A stretch of DNA of 56,923 bases, filler included, from Sphacelaria rigidula (lineage: Eukaryota), in the NCBI GenBank assembly GCA_964200075.2. It is 6 parts of 6 records of this genome, joined end to end, with 100 filler letters (N's around TTAATTAATTAA, not from the genome) between each part and the next. Parts side by side here need not be neighbours in the genome. Positions count along the whole stretch, not along the records: positions 1 to 9,405 come from CAXNAA020008579.1; positions 9,506 to 18,909 come from CAXNAA020008580.1; 4 more parts are not named here. One strand, given 5' to 3'. The notes under the pieces were generated by a model. It had not been told where the DNA came from. It made no database searches and saw only the letters and a program-made list of their open reading frames with translations. A program made the position numbers and the translations under genes. Shown piece by piece: positions 1-12,529 of the stretch. Every line of letters begins with the position of its first letter. Positions within the stretch are counted from its first letter, which is position 1.

Positions 1-58
1 CTTATGAGCCTCTTTTTTCGTGCAACCAAATACCCCCCCCGCTATCGTAGGATGACTC
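1..58. mobile_element. Right end of a GAG...CTC MITE (Sola2-like) inserted into the gypsy RNase H; truncated by the contig edge
   Basis: The reverse complement of ~37-58 is GAGTCATCCTACGATAGCGGGG, similar to the TIR GAG(C/T)(A/G)ATGCTACGATAGGGG of the copies at 17704-17963 and 43655-43933. Pol similarity stops exactly here (…RPILYI|). Confidence 0.6.
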
Positions 59-2711
59 TGATATAGAGGATGGGTCGAACAGAGCCATCGAGTTGAGGCT
101 GATTCAGGACCGCGCCGAGCCTGTCGGTGCTCGCCTCTGTATGTAGTTGAAAGAGGTGAGAGCCGTCTTGTACGGCATCCCAGTCCGGGAAACAAAGGGC
201 CGGTTTTTCGGTGAGCGTTTTCAGCAAGTCGCGCACGATAGCTTCCACATATTTGATGAAGACAAACGTGGCGCCTTTTTCAAGCAAGTCCGTAATGGGG
301 CGAATCCGTTTGGACAGGTTAGGCAAAAATTTGCGATAGTAGGACAGTCCACCCAACAATGAGCGGAGCTGAGTGATGTTCGCGGGCATCGGCAATTCAG
401 TCATTGCTCTGACTTTGTTGGTTTCGGGGTGTAGACCCGCCGGTGAAATTGAGACTGCTACCGAGATAGCCCCCTCCCCCCGAACCGGCTAAAAACGTGC
501 ACCGAGGCGATGATCACAAATGTCGTTAAAGCTGGTTTCGTGCTGCACGACGCGACTTAGTTGGGCGTACAAGCTAATGTCGAACTGCTCCACGCCTATC
601 ATGTGGGCGAAAGTGCTGGATACGAGCCCAATTGTGGGATCGCAGCCGTTTAGTCGCACCGTCTGAGGTGCACCTTCTGTGGGGGGGCTATCTCGGCATG
701 GGTCTTGAGTGTCCCAGAAAATCCAGTTCAGTCGCGCCAAGGCGAGCTTTGGATGGAGACAGTTTCAAATCGTGCTTCCGCAGGCGAGAAAGAAACTCTT
801 GTAAGGTGCGCACATGCGCAAGAGGGGAGGCATCGACTGCGATAGCGTCGTCCAAGTACATGATGACGTGTTCGAGATTCTCTGTAACGCGTTGCATTGA
901 GCGTTAAAAACAACCTCGTGCAGTGGGGGCACCTTGTGGCATACGGAGCCATTCGTAGAGCCCAGAAGATGTACAGAACGCTGTCAGTGGGACTGTATCA
1001 GGGTGGATGGCGTTCTGGAAAAATCCAGAAGCGAGGTCGAAGGTACTGACTATTTTGCCGTCGCCTAGGGAGTCGAAGACTTCATCTATGCGGGGAATGG
1101 GAAGTTTTCCCACTGCAGTAACGCGATTTAACCGTTGATAATTCACGGTGATGCGTATGTTTCCATCCTTTTTGGGGACTAACACTAGCGGTGAAGCCCA
1201 CGGAGAAGAGGAGTGTTGGACTTATCCGGCACCTAAGTACGCATCTAAAATGGCGTCAACTTTTTTGGTAAGGATGGGGTTCGCCCGATACGGTCGAGAA
1301 GAGATTGGCGAAGCGCCAGGTTGAAGGGTGCTTTCAAAAGGCAGCGTTTTGCAATGCCCCAGATCCGTTTTGGGACGGGAAAATCTGTCTTGGTACTCCA
1401 ATGAAACATCACTCAATTCTTTGATTACAGCGGGTTCCCAACCGGGTCAATGTAGATCAAAATTGATGTCACTTAAATGGAGTGGAAGTTGATCCCACAT
1501 GTGCAAGAAACTTGTCCGAGATTCTGGTGGTAGACGTTGCAGCACTTCAGCAGGAGCTTCGGACGTTGACGGTGCAGGGTCCACGGTGTGAACACGTGAT
1601 GGAGACGAAGAGGTCACGTCGAAGTAAGGCTCATCGACGAAATTGGCAGAACCGTCTGTCGGAGGCGCTGGGTTGGGCGTAGAGGGTTCAATGGCACATG
1701 TCTCAAGTGGAATGTGCATGAGGGGAGCAGCAGCAATACCCAAAACATCTCCGGGTTCCAAGTTAGCGTGACCCGTGAATGGCAAAAGTTGTTTCCCTGC
1801 GGAGACAAAGTGTTCTGTGCCGGCAGGCGCACCAACCCGAGGAAGCATTTCAGCGAGGTATTGTCCCGTAAGGGCAGGCATGCCATCTCGGCGAACTAAG
1901 GCAACTTCTAACGGTTGGGGATCATCGGAGAGGGTAACACCAGTAGCATCATCGTATCGAAGGTGGTAAGCAGCTCCGGTAGCTTGTTCATTTTTTTGAT
2001 AGGCCGAGGCGCCGTGAAGAGTACCGAAATGCTCAAGGTTGAGTTCTCCACGAGGCGCAGACTGTGGCGATAACGCTCGTAGCGTGCGGGAGGTGCGTTG
2101 ATCAAACCGCATATAACTATCTCGGCCCATTAGTAAGGCGTGAGCCATGGTGCTGTCGGGGACAACACATGCCCAGACTGCAAGGCTGGCAGAACGAGTT
2201 TTGTTGTGAAAAAATTGCACACTGAGAATGACATTCGTGTGGTCAAAGGTGCGGTGGAGTCACCAAAGCCGCCCCATACTCGAGTTTTGGTGGTGATTTC
2301 GCAGGCTGCTGAAGCAGCGCCAATCTGTTTCATACGTTCCCACATTGATTCACGAATAAATGTTTGTGGGCTGCCGCTGTCTAACAAAGAGATGCATTTC
2401 GCAGGCGTGGTTTCGTATGGTCCGCAGTGGAGCGCTACGCGAGTAGTAAAAGTGGTAGGGTCAACAGACACTTTACCGCCGACAAGATCCGGACCGTGTT
2501 CAGCCAAGGTAAATTGATCGGAATCAGTAGTGCCGACGGCGAAACCGGAGGGTGGGTGATCCGCCGAGGGGTCAGCTTTCTCACCAGAAAGTTTGGTGGA
2601 TGATGTGTAGTCCCCAGGGATGAGCACAGCTCGGCTGGTCATTAGCAATTTCATATATGACCGTGTTGGGAAGGCAGGGATCAACGTCCAAAGTAGACCC
2701 GTCTTGTTCAA
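59..2711 (-). pseudogene. pol: Gypsy pol remnant: aspartic protease, reverse transcriptase, RNase H
   Basis: ORF fragments 2130..2711 (CISLLDSGS), 1447..2220, 1222..1416 (PISSRPYRANP), 904..1185, 688..897 (YLDD) and 42..404 (QLRSLLGGLSYYRKF; RNase H), separated by stops, frameshifts and a MITE. Confidence 0.93.
453..704. mobile_element. 252-bp MITE inserted in the RT domain
   Basis: Imperfect TIRs GACTGCTACCGAGATAGCCCCC / revcomp GACCCATGCCGAGATAGCCCCC. TTGA is duplicated at 449-452 and 705-708. Removing the element and one TSD restores …ELDFLGHS-ISPAGLHPETNKVRAM… in frame. Confidence 0.88.
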
Positions 2712-3527
2712 TGTAGTCCGCAGAAGAGGTAGAAATATCCGAAGTATCTTATTTGGATTCTTTTAGGACACTTGATAAATTCATCGAGCTCAAAGTCTTC
2801 GCATTTTGGAGAGAGTGAGATCGAGATTTTCCGCTCGAGGGAAGTGTACGTGTTGCTGCGCGCGCTTCAGTGGGGGCATGTTCACGGGGCTTCCTCTCTC
2901 GCCGGGACAAAGGGCGGGGAATTTCAAAGTGTTTGGGGAAAACCCAACTGCGTACAGTTGAGTGGATGGGGTCAGCATCGGGGCATGCTCGGGCGAAGCT
3001 TGTGGACTGTCCGCTGGCAAGCTTGGATGAAGAGTCATAGCCGAAGGTATAGTAGGATGGTTTATGTGGGAACCATTCAGGGGTAACTTCGCATGGTGCA
3101 AGGAACGCGAAGAATGGGCTTGTTCGACCTGGGTGGGTGTTACATGGTCCGAAGCGGCCAAATTCTGACCAGCGGCACTTGAACCAGTCGAGTGAATTAC
3201 ACTACTGCCTGTGCGTGTGGTCGCTGAGGGAAGCCTGTGCCTCAGAGACGGGCGGTTGGTGTTCCCACACCTCAGACTTACGCTCAGTTCTGGAGGACCA
3301 AGTCCAGAGCCGAGGGTAGGGCTAAGTTGGGAGTCAACGCAACTGTTACGCTGTGTGCGAAGAGGTGAAGACGGGGGTCGATATGAGCGGCCCTCATCAG
3401 AACTCCTGCAGAATGCCGGGGAGGTTGAGCGAGAATTTTTTGTCGTTCATTCCGCGGTTGATATTGAAACAGTCCTCGTGTGTGCTGTCGGCGGCGCCGA
3501 AGACGTAAAAACGCCGACGCCGGCATG

Positions 3528-6500
3528 TCACGGGTCGGTACGATCAGTCATAAAGGAGCCAGGGTTTCCGGCGTCGGGGTTCGAGTGATTGTGGTTCGGT
3601 CCCGTGCGCTGGTATCTATCGGCTAAATTCCGGTGACGGTGAGAAGAGCTCTCTCTTCGCTGAGAGCCAGAGTTGTCGTAGTTGTTGGGGCGACTGTCGC
3701 GATTCGAGCGAGTGTTGTCGCAGTTGTTGAAAGGGCGGCGAGAATGACGGTTGGGTGTACGGTATTCACGCATGCGTTCCTGCCATCGGCGCCATTCTCG
3801 CTCATTATCCTGCAGCTCAGAGTTCATGAGGTCTAAAGAGTTGATTCAAGGGCGAGTACAATCGCGCATACTGTGCCCTTGGGTGTTGCAATCAATTCAA
3901 CTATTTGCGTGGCGACTGAAGGCCTCATGTCTGGCAGCAGACGAGAGGAGGGGGTTTCACAGATGTGGATCATCTGTAGTAAACGCAGACGTAGATAAAG
4001 TGTGGACATCATCCCAAGTTTCGGCGGAGTATGGCCATCCATCAAAACTGGCGCTGAACGGATCTCTCTAGTTTGCACCGCTCATGACGGAGCCGACCAC
4101 GGAGGCGGGCACCCACGAGGAACGAAGCGAAGTGTGAGACCGGTGGCGGGACCCTGAAGGGGTCGAAGAAGGCGCAGAAGCAGACTGGGAATGAGCTGAA
4201 GCATACTTGTCGCCGCGAATGGCCGGCGTCAAACTATTTTCTTGATGAACGAACGCACTCCACATCGCATCCACAGAGGGATAAGGCACTTCGCGGTGGG
4301 CTAAAGCACCTGGAAACAGCGACGGCATTAGTGTTGAGAACTGCTCGGAAACACTTTTCCTCACATATGATTGACACATGGCGTCTGATGGGCCAGTCTG
4401 GCGGCCTACTCCCATAGTACTGGAAACGAGAAGCTTGAATTCTCGGAGGTAGTCCGCGAAGGGGACATCAGTTGCGACACCAAAAAGAACTAAGGCGTTG
4501 GATAGCACTCCCTTGAGTGCTGCGATCGAAGTAGCCGGTCAAGCGGCGCTCCAGATCACGGAGTAAATCCGGGCCTGATTTCCCCGAGGCGCGGTCCGCA
4601 TCCATAGCGGCCATGAAACCATCGAGGACTTGTGTCAGAGCAGTGGCAGTGTCGGGCGAGCGGCGGTTGACGGCGCGGTGCAGAGCTTTGTGGAGAGGAG
4701 TCTGCCAACCAACCCAGTTGAAACTTTCGAGACGTTGAGCACCCGTAGAGTCTGCTAGCTGAAGGATGTTTCGAAGAGTGCGGCGTATAGAGCTGGTGAG
4801 AGCAGAAGTTAATTGTCCCGAGTCTTCGTTGTCTGCTGCAGGCATAGATTTCACATGCCAAAGTGTTTTCACGCCCATTTGAATGTATTCTCTCTGGATG
4901 GCGGCGGTGCGGGCAGATTCCGCTCGAGCGGCGGCTGTTGCTGCAGTAGCAGCGGCCTGCTCTCGCTCGGCGGCAGCGGCAGCCAGAGTGCGAGCCGAAG
5001 TGGAAGATATCGGTTTATCTGAGTTGTCGTCCGAAAGGCCTAAGATCTGGCGCGAAACATCCGCTAAACGCGGTGTAGTGCGACTTAGGGTGGCAGAAGT
5101 CGACGCAGGCGAGTTTGTGGCGGACCGAATCCTGGGCTTGGCGGAAGAAGAGCTCGACGAGCCACTACTCTGGTGTGTCTTGGTCAAACCGGTGGTGGGA
5201 CGGTGGGGCCCTCCCAGAGGAGGAGCTTGATCCTCCTTGGTGGTTGTGAGAATCACCGTGGTGATTGCCCTTGGGGTCGGTAACATCATGTCTGTGGCGT
5301 CGGCGACGAGAAGTCACCGTGGTCCAGCCGTCATCAACGTGGGCTATGGCGGATTTGGAGGCGGCGCGCAACGCGTCGAAGAGCTCCACAATGAAACGTT
5401 CGTAGGATTGGTGGTTTGTTCGATGTGGCGGACTAACTGGCCAATGGTAATCGAAAGGGGACCATGGGAAGGGCAGACCCCGTCATGGTCGAAATAGGAA
5501 GCTACGGCGCTTTGAAGCGATCGAGCGAGCGTCCGCCAAGCGTCGCAAGAGCTTCGCAAAGGATTCGAGGGGGTGTGCTTGCCCGCAAGAGTCTGCACAG
5601 AAAGCGTGAACCCAGGGATGTCGTCGCAGTGGATGGAGAAGCGGCGCGGTTCGGCACTGGTGTCGGGGCGGGCGGTCGAAGTAGGGAGGGGTGGGGACGA
5701 CGTGCGGTGGGAGCGAGGAGCGCCTACGGCGTGAGAGGCGCGTGAGCGCTCCCCCTCTAGTTCGCGGGGAGGAGCATGATACTCCTCGGTGGAAAATGTA
5801 CACGCCGCTGCATCCGTGTTGCGTTGCAGATTGACGAAATCATTCATCATGGCTGGCGCGTAGTCAGCATACTAACGGATGAGTTGTTCTTGGCCAGTGC
5901 GGCCATGGTCCATGGAAATATGCAGGACCAGCCCGAGTGGACAGTGCCCCGGGCCCAACTGTGGGCGGTCCTACTGCGACGAAGGTGCAGGGTTGGACGG
6001 CGCGACAGTAGATGCACGGGGGGTTGAGGCGGTCACGGCGGCTGCGATGGCGTGAGTCGTTGGGCGGTTGGTCGCTGGAATGCGCGATCGACGATTCCTC
6101 TGCGGAAGGAAAATCTGAAAAAATGTCCCTCATGGCGTCGGCGTGCACAGTAACATCATTACGTGGGGAGCACCGACGTGAAGAAACCCTCGAGGCAGTA
6201 GAAATACGGGAGGAACGAGGGGTATGTCTCGAATTGTCGTCACGCGCGGTCATCCGTCGAGCGGGAGTGGTTATGTTGTGTCGTGGGGAAGGCGGGCGTG
6301 GCAGTGTGGGTGAAAGTCGAGGTTTGGTGGGGGTGGGCACGGTTTGGCGGGGCTGGGCACTGTGGGCTGCTTGCACGTCGGCGAAAGCCAAAGGAGAGCG
6401 GAGCAAGGTATTGCATAGAACTTGTAGTGTTGTGGCTACAATAACGTCTGGCATAGGGGCTGGTTCTAGATTTATGCCAGAGGCAGCCGCTGGGGCCGAA

Positions 6501-7239
6501 GACGGGTGTCCTGAGTAGCGCAAAGCATATGTCAAAACATTTGTCAACAAATCATGATCAGCCGAAGCACGAAAAGTAGCCCCGGATGTTGACAACGTGT
6601 GTGCCGGCAGGGTAGCGCGGGCAGTAGTGCCAGCAGTCGGGGGTCCGGACGTGGGTGCCACCTGCACGACGGAACGATCTTGGACTGAAGCTTGTACGAC
6701 GAGATCCACGCTGGCAGTAGAGTCAGAGGGTGGTGTAGGGACCACGGGTGCCACCAGCGTGGTTGGGGGTTGGATTGGGGCCACGGGTGCCACCAGCGTG
6801 GTAGGGGGTTGGGTTGGGGCCACGGGCAACATCAGCGTGGTTGGGGGTTGGGACATAGCGTGTGTCAAGGTGGGTCTAGTGTCGACGGCTGCGTCCGATG
6901 GGGTGTGTGCTACGACGGGTGCCACCGGCGTCATGAAGGATTGGGGCACAGAGCGTGTTTGTTAGGAGTGGTCACGGGTGGGATGATGAGGGAGGGTCGG
7001 AAGGGTACGAGAATCCGAGCTATGATCGGAATCGGAGCTGAGAGGGGGCGATGATAACTGCCCGGGTTAGTCCTCAAAACCGATGGATCGAGCAGCGCTC
7101 GAAGCTGGTTTCCGTAAGGCGGAAGAAGATCAGCTTTGGGTCCGGAAAAACTAGAAGATCCCTTAGTTTGGCTCCGCGTACGACGAGGCGGCTTAGCTCC
7201 CGTGTTGGGGAAGAAACGGTGGTGACACGCTGCGACATT
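3528..7239 (-). pseudogene. gag: Long gag-like region of the gypsy element, with Pro/Thr-rich N-terminal part and a disrupted CCHC zinc knuckle
   Basis: Reading through stops in the frame of ORFs 4068..4508 and 3528..3827 gives *IDCNTQGHSMRDC at 3858-3899 (C-X2-C-X4-H-X4-C with the first Cys now TGA). Upstream ORFs 4468..5289, 5344..5850 and 5864..6949 are on the same strand. Candidate ATG at 7239. Confidence 0.7.
6738..6858. repeat. 39-bp (13-aa, QPPTTLVAPVAPx) tandem repeat, about 3 copies, in the upstream gag-region ORF
   Basis: ccacgggtgccaccagcgtggt(t/a)gggggttgg is repeated. Translation QPPTTLMLPVAPT-QPPTTLVAPVAPI-QPPTTLVAPVVPT. Confidence 0.85.
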
Positions 7240-8189
7240 GGTGAAGCGTGTACAGCGTCTACACAGCGATATGTTCAGAGAATCCAGAGCAAGAAGCGAA
7301 AGCCTATACGTGATTTTCTTTTATTTTGTTTATTTTATGTATTTACTTATTTTTAAATCACGAATGTGCGATAGGGTATGTGATAGCCACAATACAGGGG
7401 CAGAGAACCAATAAAAGGCAGCCTGTAATATGAGAAACGAAAGCGGTATGAAAATCGGGAAGGTAGCCTGTAATAGTGCAGCCTAGGTGGGTGCGGGAAA
7501 ATTATAAATGGTCCAGCGGAACACCTCGCAAAAGGCGGCGGAGGACTGCCAGGGTCGAAATTGTACGGGATTGACCACGATCGCCGAGTTCAACGCCGCA
7601 CGCTACTGAAACAGCGGCTAGAAACAAGAGCAATTCGGCAGCTAGTAAGTGCAGCTGTGCACTGCCCAAAAAGAGAGGGAAAACGTGTGGGTAGATGGGG
7701 TGGGGAAAGTGGAGCAAATTCTGGGATGTTTGCTGAAAACAATGTATATCTGTTAAACAGAATGGGGCAGATAGGTGTTTGGTACCAAGAAAAAGAAACA
7801 GAGTACAGGTTCATCGTCGAGTGGCCAATACAGTAAAATTGCGCGACCAAAGAAAAGGTCGCAGAGGGGGCAGTGCGAACGCAGTAGAAGTAGCGCGTCG
7901 AGAAGCGCGTGCCAAACGCGATTCAAGCGAAAGCGTGCTACATAAAATCGCTGCACGGAACGAATCAGCAGATAACACTACGTTGGGGCAACTGTGGGTG
8001 CACGTGTACGGTACCGTGGGCTACTGTAAAAATCGACAAGCGAATGAAAAGCAAATGACTCACAAAACAAAATGCAAGACAAAACTACAGCAAGAGGGGG
8101 AAAACAGCAACTAAAGAGCAGTACAGACAGTAGATAAGCAAAGAACTGCTCTACTCTGGAGAGGGAAAACAAGTTAGCAAGCAGATACT

Positions 8190-8204
8190 CCAAGTCGAAC
8201 GCCA
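8190..8204 (-). promoter_or_regulatory. Primer-binding site of the gypsy element (TGGCGTTCGACTTGG)
   Basis: TGG-starting motif 2 nt inside the LTR end (…ATAACA ac TGGCG…). It resembles a decayed tRNA-Lys-type PBS (TGGCGCCCAACGTGG); the primer tRNA identity is inferred. Confidence 0.65.
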
Positions 8205-8206
8205 GT

Positions 8207-8583
8207 TGTTATAGTATTAAGCGGGATGCACTCTCTTGTGCAGCCGACCAAGTCAGGTGCCTGTTGATCTCCTGACAGGGATCAGGTTTTTTCCGAAATC
8301 AAGTCACACTACAATAGTTTCACGCAGTAAGCTATGCCCACTTGATACAAAAGACTCTTGCTCACTCGTATTCGTTATCGCTCCTTTCAATGCTCTCTCA
8401 GATGCTCTCCGGCTATAGCAATGGCTTACCAATCGGCTTCACCCGGGCGAGTAGATAGCGGGAGGGCTCGAGGACCCATCTCTGTACTTTTTTTCAGTCT
8501 TACATCAGGCCTAGTCAAGCTTGGTCAGACCCGCAACTATGGAATCCCAGATTCGATCACAGACGCCTCATAGCTTCATGACA
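8207..8583 (-). repeat. 5' LTR (~377 bp)
   Basis: On the minus strand it starts TGTCAT and ends ATAACA (TG..CA with 5/6-bp inverted termini) and is directly followed by the PBS. The second LTR is not in the window, so the outer boundary is unconfirmed. Confidence 0.65.
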
Positions 8584-9405
8584 CAACGCTCTTCACCGTT
8601 TCTCGCGGAGGCGTTTAAAAGACTATTGAAAAAAAGAAAATTTCCCCAGGCGTAACGCTGTCAACAGCCAAGAAACAGCTGTGATTTGGTGCCCATCATA
8701 GGTGGACGTATCTCTTGATATACCAAGAGTTCAGCAACGATCTATAGCTTGAATGAAAGCCCTGAATATGAGAAACATATGTAAGGCGTCAACTATTGCC
8801 CATCACCACGGCATCAAGCATGACTTTCCTTCCGAAGAGGGAACGAATGCTGTCCGATATTCCGCTCGGTGGTGGTGTCTTCCCCTGCACAAATATTTGG
8901 TCGTGCGTCTGGGTAGTTGGTACTGCTGCGACGCGCACACCGCCTTTCGGCGCTGAAGAAATACTCGTTATAGGAGAGCTCGATGAATGCGTATGTGGAT
9001 GATGCGCGGCAAAAACGGGGCGTGCCATCGTGGTGCGACAGTTCTAGGGAATCTTTATTAGTAGTATGAAAACAACTTTTCGATTAAAAATAAAACTACG
9101 AGTATACGAAGAAGAAAAAAAAGCTGGGCGATCCAGCGCGCGTTTTCGCCGGGGGAGATACTTCTACAGGTTGGTTCACGTTTATCACCCAAAAAACAAT
9201 CATCGGCAAAACCTCACGCCGTTTTAAGGAGTTAGATCCTGAAATTTTGCACGAATGTTCTTTGAGTAATTACACAACTTCCGAAGGTCGAGTTTTTTTT
9301 TTTTCACTTTTTTTCATTTTTTTCATCGTTTTTTGGGGGTCCCAGTGTTGTGGGGGAAACCTCGACCCAATCGGACCCCCGTAAAACAGCCACAAAAACG
9401 AAATA

Positions 9406-9505
9406 NNNNNNNNNNNNNNNNNNNNNNNNNNNNNNNNNNNNNNNNNNNNTTAATTAATTAANNNNNNNNNNNNNNNNNNNNNNNNNNNNNNNNNNNNNNN
9501 NNNNN
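9406..9505. other. Artificial contig spacer (44N-TTAATTAATTAA-44N)
   Basis: Identical 100-nt structure at all five junctions; the linker has stops in all six frames. Confidence 0.98.
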
Positions 9506-9540
9506 GGGGGAGTGGAGGATTAGGGGGAGGTGGGGTTGGC

Positions 9541-9571
<31 letters not shown>

Positions 9572-9749
9572 AGCATGTTACGTGGTATGAAAGTATGGGC
9601 GTTCTCGATTCGTGAACTGAACAACGACGCGCGAAAAATACTTGACCCCTACTGTAAAAGCTGCGGTAGCGCCAACCATACATATAGCTCACGATTGCCC
9701 ACACATGTGTATTAACAAATCAGGTTCCGTTCACCACTCGATGGGTGAA

Positions 9750-12446
9750 GGCATTCCCGAGGAAGTCCGCGAGGTGTGGACTCCTTGGCAACGCCGCTTG
9801 CTCTCATCCTCGGCCAACCGCTACCTAATGAAGAAACGAGGGTACGATGGCAAGGTAACGGCAACTCATCGATAGCAAGGATGTCGATTTATTACGAAGC
9901 TCGTCGAGCACGGAAATATCAGTCGCCTGTCAATGGTTCCCCACAAGGCAGGTCCTCCTGCAAACAATGATTTTTACATCACTCTCCTCCCGTGCAGTGT
10001 AGACTTCGGCAGAGAGTCAGAGTATCATCTGCATGGGGGTGTCGGTACAGGATGAGGTGGGATGTTTCCGTCCTAAAGGATTCCACTTGATGTGATCAAT
10101 CTCTCTGTGCGTGAGAGAGATGGCGAGTTTTCGAAATCGCCAGTTTGTAGGAGCTCTGCCGTATAACCGCCGCGTATGGTAGCGTTTGACTGACGGAATG
10201 GCGGCGGATGGAGTCATGCTCCCGACCGCTCCTCCTTCCAGGGCAAGGAAGGTGTACGGAGAAATGCGTCACCCGCTTAGGTCAGCTGACGTGGTGACTC
10301 TTGGTCACGCATGAGAGGCGCAAGGAATTCAAAGAATCCTGATGTGATGGTACGACCACTTTAAGGTGAGTCGGAAGGAAACATCCAGGGCGAGAGAGGC
10401 GTTGCGGCGCTGGGGGCCTTCGATGCACTCTGCGCCGTTACCCGGAGAAGAAGACTTCACGGGACGCCCCCAGGGGGTGGTCTGGCAACGAGCCAGACTT
10501 GAAGGGATCAGGCTTGGCCCGGTCATCCTCGCGTAGGAACATGGTGTCCAAAGTGGACCAGCCGGGAATACTTCTGGACGAACGCGACCCGGCAACGACT
10601 GCGGACGATAGGCGAAGCACACGGGTCGATATACCCAACGCTACGGCACCAACGGATGTTTGAATCCTAACGTCCGGGGACATCCACGGATACTCGCCCG
10701 GCTTGATCTGTTGCAGTGGCAGATTGAAGAACGACTAATAAGGATGAAAATAAATATATACATATACATGCACCTCTTGATCCCGTGAGGAAATTGCCTG
10801 AAATGTGAGGAGCCACCTGCTTGTATTGCTGGCGCTATTCTGCGCGATAGCGCGCCGACAACGAGGCTCGCTTCTATAACAGGTGATCTCGGTGACAGTG
10901 AAGAGACATCGTGATGGATCGTGTACGCAATACAGCAGATGTGAGGGTCTTTGGCGAGCCTGAGGCTACCCGGGGGTTGGGGTGAGCGGCTTTGTAGGAC
11001 AGTAAGAGTCTTGCGACCTCCAACAATATATATATATATATATATATGGATATATACGGTTCAGAGGGGAACTCCCTGTGCGGACGCGGTCTGGGCAATA
11101 GATCTTGTCCCGTGGCGCGGATGCAACAGGGATACCTCTCAACACGAGGTCACTGGTGCCGCAAGTCATCCGTCTTTTCAATGTAATTTTTCAAGAGCCG
11201 AAACAAGGATGATAGTGTCTGTTTAATGGCCTATCTCTATCTTCATACCATGCCAATGGGGGCGGTGTCAGTTGACTCGCTGTTGGGACGAGTCAGAATG
11301 GCGCAATTTCCCGTGAGATCGTATGGTGATGTGCCAAAGTTATTTTGTCGTTGGAAGGGACATGAGACGTCCTTGACCCCACTCATTTCGACCGTTAAAT
11401 ACAACACGCCCTAGATATGCGTGGGCATCCGCCTCAGGTCGGGACGTGATCTGTTTTTTACCGTGGATGCTGACCAGGTGGTTGGTTCTACATCAGTTGA
11501 CGTGGGTTTCCACTACGCTGTGTACATACGATCGACTGGTGAATCGCAGCATATTACGAAGGATGGAGGGGAAACGTATCCGTTCAACGTCTTACTTACT
11601 AGGATGAATTTAAGACGCCACGGTGGGAACACGGATAGGATCTCGAACAGTTCGGTCACCGGGTTACTGTGCCACAATCTTAAGTCCACAGCGAAAGACC
11701 CTTCCTCTTGCCACACACAACCCGTACCTCAGGCGTGCAAGGTTGTCTCCGATACGGGAGAAGTCAACTTAACGTTGGCTTGTTGTGTTGGTGGAGTCTT
11801 GTCGTCCACGCGATTGTGTTTCCGACGCAGTGGGCACCGTTCGCAGTAGTTCTCGGTGACGCGCGACAGTATCGACAACGTCCGTGGCGATCCACTCGAC
11901 TCCGAACGTGTCGGCGTCCTCCCTGACTGAAAGCAGAAGAGTCGCCGGCTTCGCCACTTGTCGCGTTGACACTGCTTGACACGTCAGAAGGGTTCGAGCT
12001 CGTTTCTGAACTAGCCTTCCCGCTTCGTCCGCGTCCGCGTGGACGACCGTTGCTGCGACGACCGCCACGGCCGCCCTCATGCGTGACGGGTTTTAGTGTG
12101 CATTCGTCGTTTAAGCCTCCACCCCATCGATTGCCTTTCTTAGTCCCACGCCGGAGATGAACAGCATAAAATGCCGAAGCTTGCAATGCGAAACTGTTCA
12201 AGGTATCAGCGCGGTCCCGTTGCTGATCGCAAAGGATCGCAACTCCCAGCGACTCATAATGGAAGCCGGGCGATGCTTTGAATAACGCGTGTTTCTGACG
12301 AGCGGTTTTATTCCGTCTCCGAGTTCATAGAGTTCAACAAGCATTCGGCGTATCTCTTCTAACACACGAGACAAACTGTATCCATCTTGTGCGGTTACCC
12401 TGTTAAGGGGGACTTCTGTCCTACAAGTCCTGCATGCGCGCTTCAC
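9750..12446 (-). mobile_element. Highly decayed Ty1/copia-like gag-protease-integrase relic (boundaries approximate)
   Basis: Minus-strand fragments in copia order: gag-like (LEEIRRMLVELYELGD), RG-rich stretch plus frameshifted knuckle CRYC…CP (~11830-11880), protease-like ICCDSPVDRM (~11520-11560), and integrase-like MFLRE / GNGAECIEG (cf. DNGGEF) / RVTTSAD..ISPY (cf. NRTATSANP..SPY). All are degenerate. Confidence 0.5.
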
Positions 12447-12529
12447 CTACAACTCGGTACCTTTTGAGAAGTGCAAGATACGCGCAGCAGGAACTTGACG
12501 AAGAAAATGGCAAGTTCTTCCCTCGAAGC

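Larger units (their letters stand above)
59..8583 (-). mobile_element. Degenerate Ty3/gypsy LTR retrotransposon (5' LTR, PBS, gag, protease, RT, RNase H); integrase and 3' LTR lie outside the contig
   Basis: Order on the minus strand is LTR, PBS, gag with CCHC knuckle, protease LLDSGS, RT (LVPKKDGNIRITVNYQRLN; FDLASGFFQ; YEWLRMPQG; YLDD; FLGH) and RNase H (FQLHTEAS..LGAVLNQ). No integrase lies between protease and RT, consistent with gypsy order. Many stops and frameshifts. Confidence 0.93.

Noticed and set aside
59-7239. RIP- or deaminase-like mutational bias in the gypsy stops
   Set aside because: Some stops fit C-to-T (CAA to TAA at 904-906), but others need transversions (Cys to TGA at 3897; likely Leu to TAA at 1222). 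The idea cannot be tested without a consensus.
9450-9461. TTAATTAATTAA recurring every ~9.5 kb as a periodic biological signal
   Set aside because: It is always centred in 88 Ns and is an assembly linker.
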